DNA of 63,977 nt, the filler included, from an uncultured bacterium (lineage in GTDB: Bacteria; CAZSTA01), in NCBI GenBank assembly GCA_964609495.1. It is 3 parts of 3 records of this genome, joined end to end, with 100 filler letters (N's around TTAATTAATTAA, not from the genome) between each part and the next. Parts side by side here need not be neighbours in the genome. Positions count along the whole stretch, not along the records: positions 28,003 to 54,415 come from CAZSTA010000027.1; 2 more parts are not named here. One strand, written 5' to 3'. The notes beneath the pieces are model-generated. The model was not told the DNA's origin and ran no database searches. It saw only the letters and a list, made by a program, of their open reading frames with translations. Shown here one piece after another: positions 29,850 to 40,785 of this stretch (the first letter of the stretch is position 1; each line of letters opens with the position of its first letter). The position numbers and the translations under genes were made by a program.

Positions 29850-31205
29850 TTGGCCAGAAGTAAAGTTATATATCGTTGTTCCGAGTGTGGCTATGAATCT
29901 ATAGGCTGGTTGGGACGCTGTCCTGATTGCGGTAGCTGGAATACCTTCGAGGAGAAGCCACGAGAGGTCAAAAGGGGTAATATAGGCGAAGGTAGCAATC
30001 AGCCAGTACCTATCAGTAAAGTTCAAGCTGATTCGCGGAATAGATACTTAACCTCCTTAAGCGAGTTCGATCGGGTGTTAGGAGGAGGTATAGTTCCAGG
30101 CTCGTTGATTCTAATCGGAGGAGATCCTGGGATAGGTAAATCTACTCTTCTGCTACAGGTATCAGATAAATTAAGCAAAAGATATAGTCCTGTTCTCTAC
30201 GTCTCAGGCGAGGAATCTGCTCAGCAAACTAAGTTGAGAGGGATAAGGTTATCAATCTTATCCGAGAAGCTCTATGTTATGGCTGAGACAGATATTCGGA
30301 TTATAGGGAATGCTATTATCTCCCTGAATCCCAAGGTGGTCGTGATCGATTCGATCCAATCCGTTTATGATCCTGATTTATCATCGAGTCCGGGGAGTGT
30401 GAGTCAGGTTAGAGGGTGCACTAGCAGGTTGATGGCTTATGCGAAGAATAATAATATCTCCATATTCATAGTTGGGCATGTGACGAAGGAGGGGATTATA
30501 GCAGGTCCTCGTCTGGTAGAACATATAGTAGATGCGGTTCTATACTTCGAGGGTGATCGACATTATATATATAGAATCTTGAGAGCTGTTAAGAATCGCT
30601 TCGGTTCTTCTAATGAGATCGGTTTATTTGAGATGAGGGAGCAAGGATTAGTTGAGGTCCCTAATCCCTCTCAGATCTTCCTAGCTGAGAGACCTGAGCA
30701 AGTTTCGGGTTCAGTAGTAGTTTCTAGCTTAGAGGGAACTCGACCTCTACTGGTGGAGATCCAAGCGTTGGTAAGCACCGCTAGTTTTACCTCCCCTCGC
30801 CGAATGACCACCGGGGTAGATTATAATCGAATATGCTTGATATTAGCGGTATTAGAGAAGCGGGTGGGGTTATCTATTGCCGATCAGGATGTATATGTGA
30901 ATGTTGCCGGGGGAATGAGGATAGATGAACCTGCGGCAGATCTTGGGGCGGCGGTAGCTATAGCTTCCAGCTTCAAGGATATGATGGTCGATCCAGAGGT
31001 TGTCCTTTGCGGTGAGGTAGGATTGGCTGGAGAGGTGCGAGCGGTAGGACAAGTGGAGAAGCGGATAAGGGAAGCTGTCAAGCTGGGCTTCCGTAGATGC
31101 ATAATCTCTGAGGGTAATATGAAGGGGTTAAACTTGGATGATGGTATTCAGGTGTTGGGAGTTAAAAATGTCCAGCAGGCTTTGGAATATGCGCTGCTTG
31201 ATTGA
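29850..31205 (+). CDS. radA: DNA repair protein RadA/Sms
   Basis: C4 zinc finger, GGDPGIGKST, KNRFG, Lon-like C-terminus. Confidence 0.96.
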   Translation: MARSKVIYRCSECGYESIGWLGRCPDCGSWNTFEEKPREVKRGNIGEGSNQPVPISKVQADSRNRYLTSLSEFDRVLGGGIVPGSLILIGGDPGIGKSTLLLQVSDKLSKRYSPVLYVSGEESAQQTKLRGIRLSILSEKLYVMAETDIRIIGNAIISLNPKVVVIDSIQSVYDPDLSSSPGSVSQVRGCTSRLMAYAKNNNISIFIVGHVTKEGIIAGPRLVEHIVDAVLYFEGDRHYIYRILRAVKNRFGSSNEIGLFEMREQGLVEVPNPSQIFLAERPEQVSGSVVVSSLEGTRPLLVEIQALVSTASFTSPRRMTTGVDYNRICLILAVLEKRVGLSIADQDVYVNVAGGMRIDEPAADLGAAVAIASSFKDMMVDPEVVLCGEVGLAGEVRAVGQVEKRIREAVKLGFRRCIISEGNMKGLNLDDGIQVLGVKNVQQALEYALLD

Positions 31206-31236
31206 TATATTTTAAAAAATTAAGATTGGAAAGGAG

Positions 31237-32322
31237 GTGTTAACAAACGATATGAGTAAACGATTTCTTAAGATCTTCCTTGTGCTTTTAGGGGTAGTCC
31301 TAATCTTCAAGGTCTCCAGTTCCCAACTTGTAACTCAGTATCTTCCCTCTCCGCCAGGAACGTTTTATTTTTTGATTCAGTTGGGATTCATTATAGTTGG
31401 TGGGCTGTTTGGTTATCTTATAGCTCTTCTACTTATCTCGGAGATGTCCAGAATATCAGAGGCGATGGAAAATGGGATCCGAAATACCTCTCCTGGTGAA
31501 TTAGCGGCTGGTGGTTTAGGAATGCTAGCTGGGTTGCTCATCGCTTTTATCCTCTCCCGAATGTTGTTATTTCTAGGGGAGTCCGGGAGATATTTATCCT
31601 TACTTTTAGCTTTGATATTCTCCTATCTAGGATTTATAGTTGGAAGTAGAGAGGGAGAGATTCTGATCAGTATTGGGCGGAGACGCGCTGTTTCAGACAA
31701 GACGTCAACCGAGGCCGAAGCCTATTCTAAGATCTTAGATACCAGTGTCATTATAGATGGGAGGATAGCGGATGTCTATCAGACTGGCTTCGTCGAGGGA
31801 AACATTATAATACCTAGATTCGTCCTTCAAGAGTTACAGCATATCGCTGATTCCTCGGATACCTTGAAGAGAAGCAGGGGAAGACGCGGGTTGGATATCT
31901 TGAATCGAATGAGGAAGACCGGGGATTCACAGGTCAAGATAAGTGAGCAGGACTTCGAGGAGATTCGGGAGGTAGATGCTAAGTTAGTGAAGTTGGCAAA
32001 AGTTATCAATGCCAAGATCGTAACTAATGATTATAACCTCAATAAGGTGGCGGAATTACAAGGGATAAAGGTATTAAATGTAAATGAGTTGGCGAATGCG
32101 GTAAAGCCTTTGGTCCTTCCCAGTGAAGAGATGGTAGTTCACGTTCTGAAGGAAGGTAAAGAGGCTAACCAAGGGGTGGCCTACTTGGATGATGGCACTA
32201 TGGTTGTCATTGATGATGGGAAGAGATATATTGGAGAAACTATAGATGTGGTTGTGACCAGTGTTCTCCAGACTACTGCTGGTAGAATGGTATTCGCTCG
32301 AGTTGGACCTGATGAGATATAG
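31237..32322 (+). CDS. yacL: Membrane PIN/TRAM domain protein
   Basis: TM helices, ILDTSVIIDGRI, TNDYNLNK, SVLQTTAGRM. Confidence 0.92.
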   Translation: MLTNDMSKRFLKIFLVLLGVVLIFKVSSSQLVTQYLPSPPGTFYFLIQLGFIIVGGLFGYLIALLLISEMSRISEAMENGIRNTSPGELAAGGLGMLAGLLIAFILSRMLLFLGESGRYLSLLLALIFSYLGFIVGSREGEILISIGRRRAVSDKTSTEAEAYSKILDTSVIIDGRIADVYQTGFVEGNIIIPRFVLQELQHIADSSDTLKRSRGRRGLDILNRMRKTGDSQVKISEQDFEEIREVDAKLVKLAKVINAKIVTNDYNLNKVAELQGIKVLNVNELANAVKPLVLPSEEMVVHVLKEGKEANQGVAYLDDGTMVVIDDGKRYIGETIDVVVTSVLQTTAGRMVFARVGPDEI

Positions 32323-32366
32323 GATATTAGTTGATACTAAGCGAAAAATCGATAGGGAGGTATAAT

Positions 32367-33461
32367 ATGGGCGGTCAGGGTTACATGCCGGACGAGTTAC
32401 CTATCCCCGATATCCTGGAGTATAAACCGGTCTCTTTATTGAAGGTTCGGGAGACGAGAGTGGAGAAGGCGAGATATCCAGCTATTGATATCCATAATCA
32501 TCTTCTCTTTGAACCTGATAGATCGGCAGAGCAGTATTTGGAGATTATGAACTCTGCTGGGGTGGAGCGAATATTAGATTTAACCGGTAATCTGATATTC
32601 AAGGGAAGTTTGGCTAGGCGGGCTGTAGATAAAGGCTCGGTTCAGGAGACTCAGAAGGAATTCGCTTTCAAATATCCTGATCGCTTCTCCTTCCTTACTA
32701 TGTCCGATCTAGCTCCTAGGGAGGAGGGAAATCCGAAGATCGATGCCGATTTTGGGGAGAGAGCGGCCGCAGAATTGGAGGAGGATGTAAAGAGGTCTGC
32801 AAAGGGATTGAAAGTTCTGAAGGATCTCGGTTTGCGGATCAAGGACTCCGAGGGAAAGCTAGTTCCAGTCGATGATCCTCGTTTAGATCCACTTTGGGAG
32901 AAGTGTGCCGAATTAGAAGTTCCAGTGCTGATCCACACTGCCGATCCCGATTCCTTCTTCAGCATTCCCCCTGATAGATTTAACGAGGAAGTCAAAGAGT
33001 TGATAGCTCATCCCGATTGGAGCTTCTCTGGGCCAGAATTTCCCAATAAGGAGGCTCTGCTTCAACAGAGGGATAATCTCCTTCGCAATCATCCCCAAAC
33101 TATATTCGTTGGAGCGCATCTCGGTTCTATGTCCAATGATCTCGCTAGTCTTGGGAGAACTTTGGATGAATATCCCAACTTCTTCGTTGATACCTCAGCT
33201 AGGGGGAGATATATTGGTCGTCAGCCTCGCACTGCAAGGGAATTCTTCCTCAAATATCGAGATAGAATCTTATTTGGAACAGATTCATCCCCCAATGTTG
33301 ATACCTATCGCATTTGGTGGAGATTATTGGAGACCGAGGACGAATATTTCGATCCTCCGGAGGCTGATTATATCTTCTGGAAGGCTTATGGGTTGGGTTT
33401 GCCTGATGAGGTATTAAGGAAGGTTTATCGTGATAATGCGATGAGGATTTTCGGATTTTGA
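32367..33461 (+). CDS. Amidohydrolase family protein
   Basis: DIHNH, VLIHTAD, GAHLG, ILFGTD; GGGAGG RBS before ATG 32367. Confidence 0.88.
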   Translation: MGGQGYMPDELPIPDILEYKPVSLLKVRETRVEKARYPAIDIHNHLLFEPDRSAEQYLEIMNSAGVERILDLTGNLIFKGSLARRAVDKGSVQETQKEFAFKYPDRFSFLTMSDLAPREEGNPKIDADFGERAAAELEEDVKRSAKGLKVLKDLGLRIKDSEGKLVPVDDPRLDPLWEKCAELEVPVLIHTADPDSFFSIPPDRFNEEVKELIAHPDWSFSGPEFPNKEALLQQRDNLLRNHPQTIFVGAHLGSMSNDLASLGRTLDEYPNFFVDTSARGRYIGRQPRTAREFFLKYRDRILFGTDSSPNVDTYRIWWRLLETEDEYFDPPEADYIFWKAYGLGLPDEVLRKVYRDNAMRIFGF

Positions 33462-33488
33462 TCTTCTGAGTTAGAATATAAACATATC

Positions 33489-33929
33489 TTATTTAAGTGG
33501 ATTTACAATTTGGAGATTTTCACGTCTAGCTGCTTCTAAAAGCCTGTTATCTGAGCAAATAAAAGTGAGATCCATATTTAACTCGTCTTGAAAAACTAGA
33601 GCTGATGCTAGATGAATGGCATCGAAGCCCCTCAAAGGATAATTTTCAATTAATCCCTCTGTTCGGTTTATAATATCATCAGTAAGCTCAATAACCACAT
33701 AGAAATTTGACCAGTCATTTTTGAACCCTGCTAGTACTCTCTGATAATCATCCATAGATAGCATCCCTTCCCTTCTCTTCCTCATCAAAGCGGATATGAT
33801 CTCAGCATACGCTATTTTCGAGACAACAATAATAGAAGAATTTATAATCAGTTCTTGAACTATCTTTGTTCCAAGCTCTCGGTAGTAACGTTTAACTAAG
33901 GCACTAGTATCTAAATATACTAATTTCAT
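33489..33929 (-). CDS. vapC: VapC PIN-domain toxin
   Basis: YLDTSALVK, LRGFDAIHLASA, SDNRL. Confidence 0.9.
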   Translation of the reverse strand: MKLVYLDTSALVKRYYRELGTKIVQELIINSSIIVVSKIAYAEIISALMRKRREGMLSMDDYQRVLAGFKNDWSNFYVVIELTDDIINRTEGLIENYPLRGFDAIHLASALVFQDELNMDLTFICSDNRLLEAARRENLQIVNPLK

Positions 33930-34171
33930 CTTCTATCCTCGATGATTATCTCAGATAGAGATTTGCCTCTACCCTCCACAGGTTCAAATTCCCTCCTCAA
34001 AATCTTATCTGGCACCTTAATAATCCCTCTAGCTGCGATCGCCAAAAGTTTCTTTTCCACTTCTCTCATACGTGATCCTCTCAATACACTCAAAAGCCAT
34101 CCCAGTTCCTGTTCATCCATTTCCTCAATTTCCCTCAATAGTTCATCTTTAACATTCATATTATTCACCAC
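33926..34171 (-). CDS. Putative antitoxin
   Basis: Small ORF overlapping vapC by 4 nt; C-terminal GKSLSEIIIEDRR typical of vapC partners. Confidence 0.75.
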   Translation of the reverse strand: MVNNMNVKDELLREIEEMDEQELGWLLSVLRGSRMREVEKKLLAIAARGIIKVPDKILRREFEPVEGRGKSLSEIIIEDRR

Positions 34172-34252
34172 TATGAATTAATCCTTAGTTTTATCCTCTA
34201 AGAACCTCTTTCTTTGATAAAGGATATAAACAACAGCACTTCCCTAAATCTT

Positions 34253-34281
34253 AGTATAACATAAATCAATGGACTTTTCAA
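34253..34281 (-). promoter_or_regulatory. Promoter of vapBC
   Basis: Minus strand TTGAAA-17 nt-TATACT with extended TG. Confidence 0.6.
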
Positions 34282-34297
34282 TAGACAATCTTTTGAT

Positions 34298-34322
34298 AGT
34301 AGCATATAAAATCGGGGATCTA
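34298..34322 (+). mobile_element. Solo MITE terminus
   Basis: AGTAGCATATAAAATCGGGGATC matches the MITE end; no partner end or duplication seen. Confidence 0.6.
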
Positions 34323-34463
34323 CTAGGCAGATAATCTCCTGTCCAAATAATCATCCTACTCTTCATTGAGGATTTTTAGATTTTGATCTTCATTTGGAAA
34401 TCTGGAGATAAATAAAGGGTATGAGGATTAGAGAATCGCATACTTAGAAGTTACTGGGATATT

Positions 34464-35048
34464 TTACCCTCCTTCTTCCAAACTTTCTATCTGTTCTCGT
34501 ATTCTCTGGGCAAGAGATGGATAGTATTCATCAGCTAAGGGTAGATATAACTTTTTAGTCTCAGTGATATATCTCCTTCTCTTGCCAGGGATGGGGGATT
34601 TATCGAGTTCCAATAGATTCTGCAAGCGATCGACTAGCTTAATCAAAATTACGTCTTTTCCTGCTTTAATAATCTGATTCAAATAAGCTTTATTTTTCTT
34701 ATTTCTACTTAAGAAAATCTTAGAGGGCTTAGTTAAAGCTTCGACTTTATCCACTATCTTGCCTGCTAAGAGATCGTTGATTTGCAGTTTGATCGGACTA
34801 TCCTCTAATACATCATGTAACAATGCTACCGCTATGAGATCGGGATCATATATCTTGCACTCATCTATTAAAAAATTGGCTACTTTGAGGGGATGGTTGA
34901 AGTATGCCTCCCCGTGATCTCGCTTCTGATTTCTATGCACCTCCTCAGCTAATTCATAAGCTTTTGCCAGGGAGGTCATAGCCACGTTTGGATTCCTTGA
35001 ACGCAATTTGGATAGGAGATCCTTTAAAGATATCACATAATAGGACAT
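34464..35048 (-). CDS. HD-domain small alarmone hydrolase (Mesh1/SAH-like)
   Basis: H..QKR..GE.Y..HP, ALLHDVLED, LTK, KLVDRLQN; no synthetase domain. Confidence 0.85.
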   Translation of the reverse strand: MSYYVISLKDLLSKLRSRNPNVAMTSLAKAYELAEEVHRNQKRDHGEAYFNHPLKVANFLIDECKIYDPDLIAVALLHDVLEDSPIKLQINDLLAGKIVDKVEALTKPSKIFLSRNKKNKAYLNQIIKAGKDVILIKLVDRLQNLLELDKSPIPGKRRRYITETKKLYLPLADEYYPSLAQRIREQIESLEEGG

Positions 35049-35122
35049 ATTCGATTCCTTAAAAAAGGAAACTTTTTAACCTTGAGTCCTATTGGAAGCA
35101 AAAGTTTCCTTTTATCTGATAT

Positions 35123-35683
35123 TCACTTCAGATGTTTTATCACCCTAGCAGGAACTCCTACGGCTACGGAGAAGGGGGGGATATCCTTATTAACTACTGC
35201 TCCTGCTCCGATAACACAAGCCTCGCCGATATTCACTCCGGGCAGGATGATAGAGCCTGCGCCTATCCAAGTTCCTTTTCCAATAGTTATCCCTCCTGCA
35301 TTTCGGGGGTAATACTTCCGCAGGGGCATTCTTCCTGGATCGGAGTGAGTCAAGAAGGTCACCTGAGCAGAGATAGAACAGCTCTCTCCGATGCTTATCG
35401 ATTCCACCAGATCGAAGAGATCACAACGACCGATATAACAATCATTAGCTATCCTCAGATTCGAGTAATCGTTAGTTACCACAGCATTATCCAAGATAAT
35501 CCCCGCGGATAAATTAACTCGATCGCCTATCTTAGCTCCGAAGCTTCTTAGGAGCGGAGCAAGATGTCTTTTAGGGATGTTGGATAAGCGAAGGCTGACT
35601 CCATCTATCCCATATAGGAGATAGGTGATTCTCAGGGAGAGGTAAAGCCAAGGATACATAATGCAATTTCGAATAAGGAACAA
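35123..35683 (-). CDS. Hexapeptide-repeat acyltransferase
   Basis: IGKGTWIGAGSIILPGV..VAVGVPARVIK; GAGGAGG RBS before TTG 35683. Confidence 0.85.
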   Translation of the reverse strand: MFLIRNCIMYPWLYLSLRITYLLYGIDGVSLRLSNIPKRHLAPLLRSFGAKIGDRVNLSAGIILDNAVVTNDYSNLRIANDCYIGRCDLFDLVESISIGESCSISAQVTFLTHSDPGRMPLRKYYPRNAGGITIGKGTWIGAGSIILPGVNIGEACVIGAGAVVNKDIPPFSVAVGVPARVIKHLK

Positions 35684-35694
35684 TTTTACCTCCT

Positions 35695-36747
35695 CTAATA
35701 CCCTGTAGCCTCTAACACTGCCTCCACCGTTGCTGGAACTGTAGCTGGCTTTTCGGCGGTCATTATCGCTCGATCTGGGTCTTTCAGACCATGTCCGGTT
35801 AGAATACAAACCACCCTTGAACCCCTCTCGAAATATCCCCTCCGACTCATCTTTCTAACTCCAGCTACTGAAGCCGCCGAGGCTGGCTCTACAAAAATAC
35901 CCTCTAAACTCGCTAGCATCTGATAGGCCTCTAGTATCTCCTCATCAGTGACCTTATCGATCAAGCCTCCAGACTCATCCCTAGCTGAGACAGCCTTCTT
36001 CCAACTGGCGGGATTACCGATCTTGATCGCAGTAGCTATCGTTTCAGGATGGGTTATAACCCTATCCTCTACGATTGGGGCGGCGCCTGCGGCTTGGAAA
36101 CCGATCATCTTCGGCAACTTAGTTATCGAACCGTTTGCTTTATACTCCTTATATCCCTTCCAATAGGCGGTGATGTTGCCCGCGTTCCCCACTGGGATAG
36201 CATGATAGTCCGGGGCATCTCCCAGAACATCACATATCTCGAAAGCCCCAGTCTTCTGTCCCTCGATCCTATTCGGGTTTATCGAGTTCACTAAAGTTAT
36301 GGGATATTTCGCGGTTATCTCCCGAACTAACTTTAACGCCATATCAAAATTCCCTTCCACAGCGATGACCTTCGCCCCGTGGATCATAGACTGAGCCAGC
36401 TTTCCCATCGCGATCATTCCCTTTGGAATTAATACCACACATGATATCCCAGCTCTAGCGGAATAGGCCGCGGCGGAAGCCGAAGTATTACCAGTTGAGC
36501 CACACATCACCATCTTAGAACCGTCCTCGAGGGCTTTGGAGACAGCCATCGTCATCCCTCGATCCTTGAAGGAAGCGGTGGGATTCAACCCCTCGTACTT
36601 GACATATATCTCTAAGCTTCCTCCGATCTCCTTCGCCAAGCGATCGACCTTGATCAGAGGGGTATTACCCTCTAGCAGGGTTATTATCGGGGTCTTATCG
36701 CTCACTGGCAGATATTCCTTGTATTCAGCTATTACACCTCGCCACAT
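35695..36747 (-). CDS. thrC: Threonine synthase
   Basis: [37 protein letters not shown]. Confidence 0.95.
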   Translation of the reverse strand: MWRGVIAEYKEYLPVSDKTPIITLLEGNTPLIKVDRLAKEIGGSLEIYVKYEGLNPTASFKDRGMTMAVSKALEDGSKMVMCGSTGNTSASAAAYSARAGISCVVLIPKGMIAMGKLAQSMIHGAKVIAVEGNFDMALKLVREITAKYPITLVNSINPNRIEGQKTGAFEICDVLGDAPDYHAIPVGNAGNITAYWKGYKEYKANGSITKLPKMIGFQAAGAAPIVEDRVITHPETIATAIKIGNPASWKKAVSARDESGGLIDKVTDEEILEAYQMLASLEGIFVEPASAASVAGVRKMSRRGYFERGSRVVCILTGHGLKDPDRAIMTAEKPATVPATVEAVLEATGY

Positions 36748-36751
36748 AGTT

Positions 36752-38059
36752 TTATTCCCCTTCCATTCTGATCAGAACGCTTTTGCCTTTAATAACTTCT
36801 AATTTGTCTATCTCCTTCAAAGCCCTATTTATATCCCTCTCCAAAGCCTCGTGAGTCAACATCACGATAGGAACAACATCTCCTACGCTCCTCCTCTCCT
36901 TCTGCACTACGGTAGCGATAGAGATATTATTATCACCCAAGATCTTGGCGACTCTAGCCATAACCCCCGGTTCATCCACCGCCATTACTCGCAGATAATA
37001 GCGAGTAATTATATCCTCCATACTCTTAATCTTCTTTGTCTCCGCTCCGAAGGGCAGGGCATGTTGAATGGCTCGTCCCGATTTCTTATTGACCACCTCC
37101 AGTCGAGCGATATCTATTATATCACCTATGATCGCGCTAGCGGTGGGCATCTGTCCTGCTCCCTTTCCGTAGAACATCATAGAGCCAACAGCATCACCAG
37201 TTACATATACTGCGTTGAACTCGTTCTTAACGGAGGCTAGAAGATGATCTTGAGGGATCATAGTGGGATGGACTCTGACCTCTATCTCATTGTTCTCCTG
37301 CTTAGCTATGGCTAGAAGTTTGACAGCATAACCCAACTCTTGAGCATATAGGATATCTTGAGATGATATATCGGATATCCCTTCGCAATATATGTCTTCC
37401 AGATGCACCTCGACTCCAAAGGCTATGGTAGCTAAGATCGTGATCTTATGGGAAGCATCAATCCCCTCTATGTCAAGAGAGGGATCCCTCTCCGCATATC
37501 CCTTCTCCTGAGCCTCGGCCAGCACTTCGGCGAAATCTCGTCCCTCATCTGTCATCTTAGTCAAAATGTAGTTAGAGGTGCCATTTATTATGCCATATAT
37601 CTCCTCTATCCTATTAGCTAATAGCCCTTCTCGAAGAGCTCTAATAAGCGGGATCCCTCCTCCTACACTTCCCTCGAAATAGAGCTCCACGTTATTATCC
37701 GCGGCGAGTCGCAACAACTCGCCTCCATATTTAGAGAGGAGCGCTTTATTGGCAGTTACTACATGCTTTCCAGCTAATATCGCTTTGCGAATAAAGGTTC
37801 TAGCAGGTTCATAGCCTCCTATTAGTTCTATTACGATATCGATCTCAGGATCGGAGAATATATCGTCCGCTAAGGTTGTCAGTATATCTGGGGAAACTTC
37901 GACTCCCCGCTCAGTAGTGATGTCCAGATCCGCTATCTTCTTGAGTTCAAGCGATATCCCGGTCTTTCTGATCAAATCTCGAGATCGCTCTTTTAAGATC
38001 TTAGCAACACCTGTGCCTATCGTCCCAAAGCCGATCAGTCCAATTACAACTTTTCTCAT
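36752..38059 (-). CDS. hom: Homoserine dehydrogenase with ACT domain
   Basis: [35 protein letters not shown]. Confidence 0.95.
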   Translation of the reverse strand: MRKVVIGLIGFGTIGTGVAKILKERSRDLIRKTGISLELKKIADLDITTERGVEVSPDILTTLADDIFSDPEIDIVIELIGGYEPARTFIRKAILAGKHVVTANKALLSKYGGELLRLAADNNVELYFEGSVGGGIPLIRALREGLLANRIEEIYGIINGTSNYILTKMTDEGRDFAEVLAEAQEKGYAERDPSLDIEGIDASHKITILATIAFGVEVHLEDIYCEGISDISSQDILYAQELGYAVKLLAIAKQENNEIEVRVHPTMIPQDHLLASVKNEFNAVYVTGDAVGSMMFYGKGAGQMPTASAIIGDIIDIARLEVVNKKSGRAIQHALPFGAETKKIKSMEDIITRYYLRVMAVDEPGVMARVAKILGDNNISIATVVQKERRSVGDVVPIVMLTHEALERDINRALKEIDKLEVIKGKSVLIRMEGE

Positions 38060-38147
38060 ACTATCCTCCTATGTAGAAATTGAAATTATGTTCTATCCCA
38101 CCTGACTTTGATGTTATAATCATTGCCTTCAAAGTCTGCGAAATCGA

Positions 38148-39632
38148 TTAATCTTCAACAACATGTTTACTGAACTGCTTTCGATAGAACCTCCACATAT
38201 CCGAGTCCCAGATGGATCTCGGCTGGAGACATTCGCTGGCTCGATATGCCATCTCCATCGTATGATGGGTGTTATCATGAGCAAACAGTCCCTGCCGTCC
38301 CAAGGAAACCAGACCAGAGATCTGACTGAGATAGTCATCCACAATTCGAAATCGTGGCTCAAAATTTAAATCATACGTGGGATACGCATACGACAGATGC
38401 CGAATAAATGCGGCTTTGATGGGGGATCCTACAGGAAGCCCAACATTCATCAGGTCCTTGATGACAAGGGAGCTAATCTCATCTTCCGATGCCCTCCAGA
38501 TATCATCGCCGAATGAACAAGGAATCTCGACGCATAGCCCAGTGGTTCTATGAGGTTCCTGAGAATCGCTATAATTCTTAGGCTCCGACAGGCGTGAAAA
38601 TATCGTATCGCTTTCGGGAAAATAATGGGCATCATAAGGAGTGAAATGATCTGTCCCCAGCACCAGATAACAGAGAACCATCGTCCGATATTGAATATGC
38701 TGACAAGCATTTCTTACCTCTAGCGGTGGTTCTGGTCGCAAACAGTTCACCAAATTAGGCACAGGGATAGTAGAGAACAGAAAGTCTGGAAAGATCTCTT
38801 CACAACTAGACCTTATCGGAGATTGATCCCTAGCTTGCTCGGTCTTGCTCGGTCTCACTACAATGCTAGCCAGACGACCATTCCGCAAGCGAATCTCTTG
38901 AACTGTAGTAGAGAGCTGGATCTCGCCTCCCAAATGCTCGATCTCTCGTTTCAGGACCTGGCTAATTTGTCCAAAACCTCTGCGCGGGTAAAGGAAATGC
39001 CCGGCTCCCTCGGGCTTAAATCCCGGTATTACCGCCAGTGCCTTGCGCACAATTCTGGCTATATTATTGGCTGATACACGCCGTTCGGCCTGAACGGTCG
39101 CGATCTCCTCGGGGTCTAATCCCCACAGCTTACGCGCATAGGGAAAATAGAAAGTATCGCAGATAGTCCATCCTAATCTGTCTAATAGCACATCGGCAAA
39201 CGAAGCATAAGGCTTGCGTTCCCGTCTGAGGTGTTTAGTTATTATATCCCACCCAATTCCAACGATAAAGGATGGGGGCAAGTGTAGGGCGAGATCGAGG
39301 AAGTTCAGAGGGAACTTGACAGAACGTCCCGATAACCAGATACGTCCATTGCGGGGTCGATCAAGCAGGTCCGAACCCAGAAGAGTCCGAATATCCTGCA
39401 ATATGTCTGGAGCAATCACTGGATGCAAGCGATGGCTGCCATGATCAAAATACAGTCCTTCATACTCAAAGCTCGCGGTAAGGCCTCCCACATATGGTTT
39501 CTGTTCGATCACCACTACTTCGGTGTTTAAGTCGGGGCGACGCAATAATTTCATTGCTAGGGCTAATCCTGCGGGACCAGCGCCTAAAATCAGGATCTTT
39601 TGCTTCATTATTGCCATCTCCAGTAAACACAA
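38148..39632 (-). CDS. FAD-dependent oxidoreductase (protoporphyrinogen oxidase/UDP-galactopyranose mutase-like)
   Basis: GAGPAG, DHGSHR, YPRRGFGQI, GRQGLF.H. Confidence 0.8.
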   Translation of the reverse strand: MCLLEMAIMKQKILILGAGPAGLALAMKLLRRPDLNTEVVVIEQKPYVGGLTASFEYEGLYFDHGSHRLHPVIAPDILQDIRTLLGSDLLDRPRNGRIWLSGRSVKFPLNFLDLALHLPPSFIVGIGWDIITKHLRRERKPYASFADVLLDRLGWTICDTFYFPYARKLWGLDPEEIATVQAERRVSANNIARIVRKALAVIPGFKPEGAGHFLYPRRGFGQISQVLKREIEHLGGEIQLSTTVQEIRLRNGRLASIVVRPSKTEQARDQSPIRSSCEEIFPDFLFSTIPVPNLVNCLRPEPPLEVRNACQHIQYRTMVLCYLVLGTDHFTPYDAHYFPESDTIFSRLSEPKNYSDSQEPHRTTGLCVEIPCSFGDDIWRASEDEISSLVIKDLMNVGLPVGSPIKAAFIRHLSYAYPTYDLNFEPRFRIVDDYLSQISGLVSLGRQGLFAHDNTHHTMEMAYRASECLQPRSIWDSDMWRFYRKQFSKHVVED

Positions 39633-39723
39633 CCAAATCTATCGTGTTAGTCGTTGAGGCAGTCCATTTTTGCCAAGCACGGGAATTCAACCGATTGATG
39701 AACTATCTGTCACTACACCACCC

Positions 39724-40785
39724 CTAACGTAGGTCTTTGGCAGGTCCTTGTTGTAACTCGGAGGATAGTAACTTCTCAGAACGTGTTCTAGCAGGTCTAT
39801 CCACAACAAAGATGATGGCGCCAACTAAAGTAAAAGCCCACATGGTCAGTAGCTGTAGGATACTATATACCACCGCTGCCTCTTCATTGACCCCGAACCA
39901 TCCGAAGAAAACAACGAAGCTAGCTTCTCGAATCCCGTAACCACCTATAGATGGTAGTAGCATTGCGATAAAGATTAGCGGTATCACAACAGGAAAACTG
40001 AACCAAGGGGCATAAAAATCTGGGATTGATCGCGATAATACGAAGCCTGCCAGAATATAGCTCAGTTGATTCAACAGGGAAAAACCTATTGCCGATAAAA
40101 TCACGTGCGGATTCGCCCGGCAGGTATCCAGAACTTCAAACACATCTTTGATGATCATCCGTATTCTGAGTAGGGGTAAAATCTGAAGCAACCTAATGAA
40201 TAGCTTTCGAAATCGAGGGCTTAAGCAAATAAAAATTAGAGTTGCTAAAAATAGGGTCAGCATAAGCATGGATACCAGGACATTCCTTAGGACATCAAAC
40301 TTGGATACCGCAACCAGACAGGCGGATATCGCAAGGCATACGGTTACTAGAAAACCGATAAAACGTTCGACAAGAATCGTTCCCATAATTCCTGCTAATG
40401 AGAAACCATGGCTTTTGGCTGCAAGGATTCCTCTGACTAAATCTCCACCTTTTCCTGTTGGCAAGAAGACGTTAAAGAAGCTACTGATAAGATGCCAACG
40501 CATCACTTCTCCGAAGGTCATTGGATATCCGCATATTTCTGCTATCCGTCGCCAGCGCAAAGAGCAGGGCACAAAGGTAAAGGAGAAAATCGCCAGAGCA
40601 ACCCCTGCGATCATCCAATCAACGTCGGCAAGTTGCTCAAGGATGGTATTCCAATTAACTGTGAAAACCAACCAAACTATCGCGCTAACCGAGACTAATA
40701 TCTTAAACACAGATATAAGAGGACGGAACCTGCCTCCTTTTTTCTGTGGATCCAGAATCGTTATGTCTGTAATCTTGCGCTTCAC
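39724..40785 (-). CDS. Lysylphosphatidylglycerol synthase TM/flippase-like protein
   Basis: RW, FFNVFLPT..GGD..R, ER, GGYGIRE motifs; many TMs. Confidence 0.85.
   Translation of the reverse strand: MKRKITDITILDPQKKGGRFRPLISVFKILVSVSAIVWLVFTVNWNTILEQLADVDWMIAGVALAIFSFTFVPCSLRWRRIAEICGYPMTFGEVMRWHLISSFFNVFLPTGKGGDLVRGILAAKSHGFSLAGIMGTILVERFIGFLVTVCLAISACLVAVSKFDVLRNVLVSMLMLTLFLATLIFICLSPRFRKLFIRLLQILPLLRIRMIIKDVFEVLDTCRANPHVILSAIGFSLLNQLSYILAGFVLSRSIPDFYAPWFSFPVVIPLIFIAMLLPSIGGYGIREASFVVFFGWFGVNEEAAVVYSILQLLTMWAFTLVGAIIFVVDRPARTRSEKLLSSELQQGPAKDLR

Noticed and set aside
35695-38059. hom-thrC lacking thrB as a novelty
   Set aside because: Common arrangement in many anaerobes; kinase may be elsewhere or non-orthologous.
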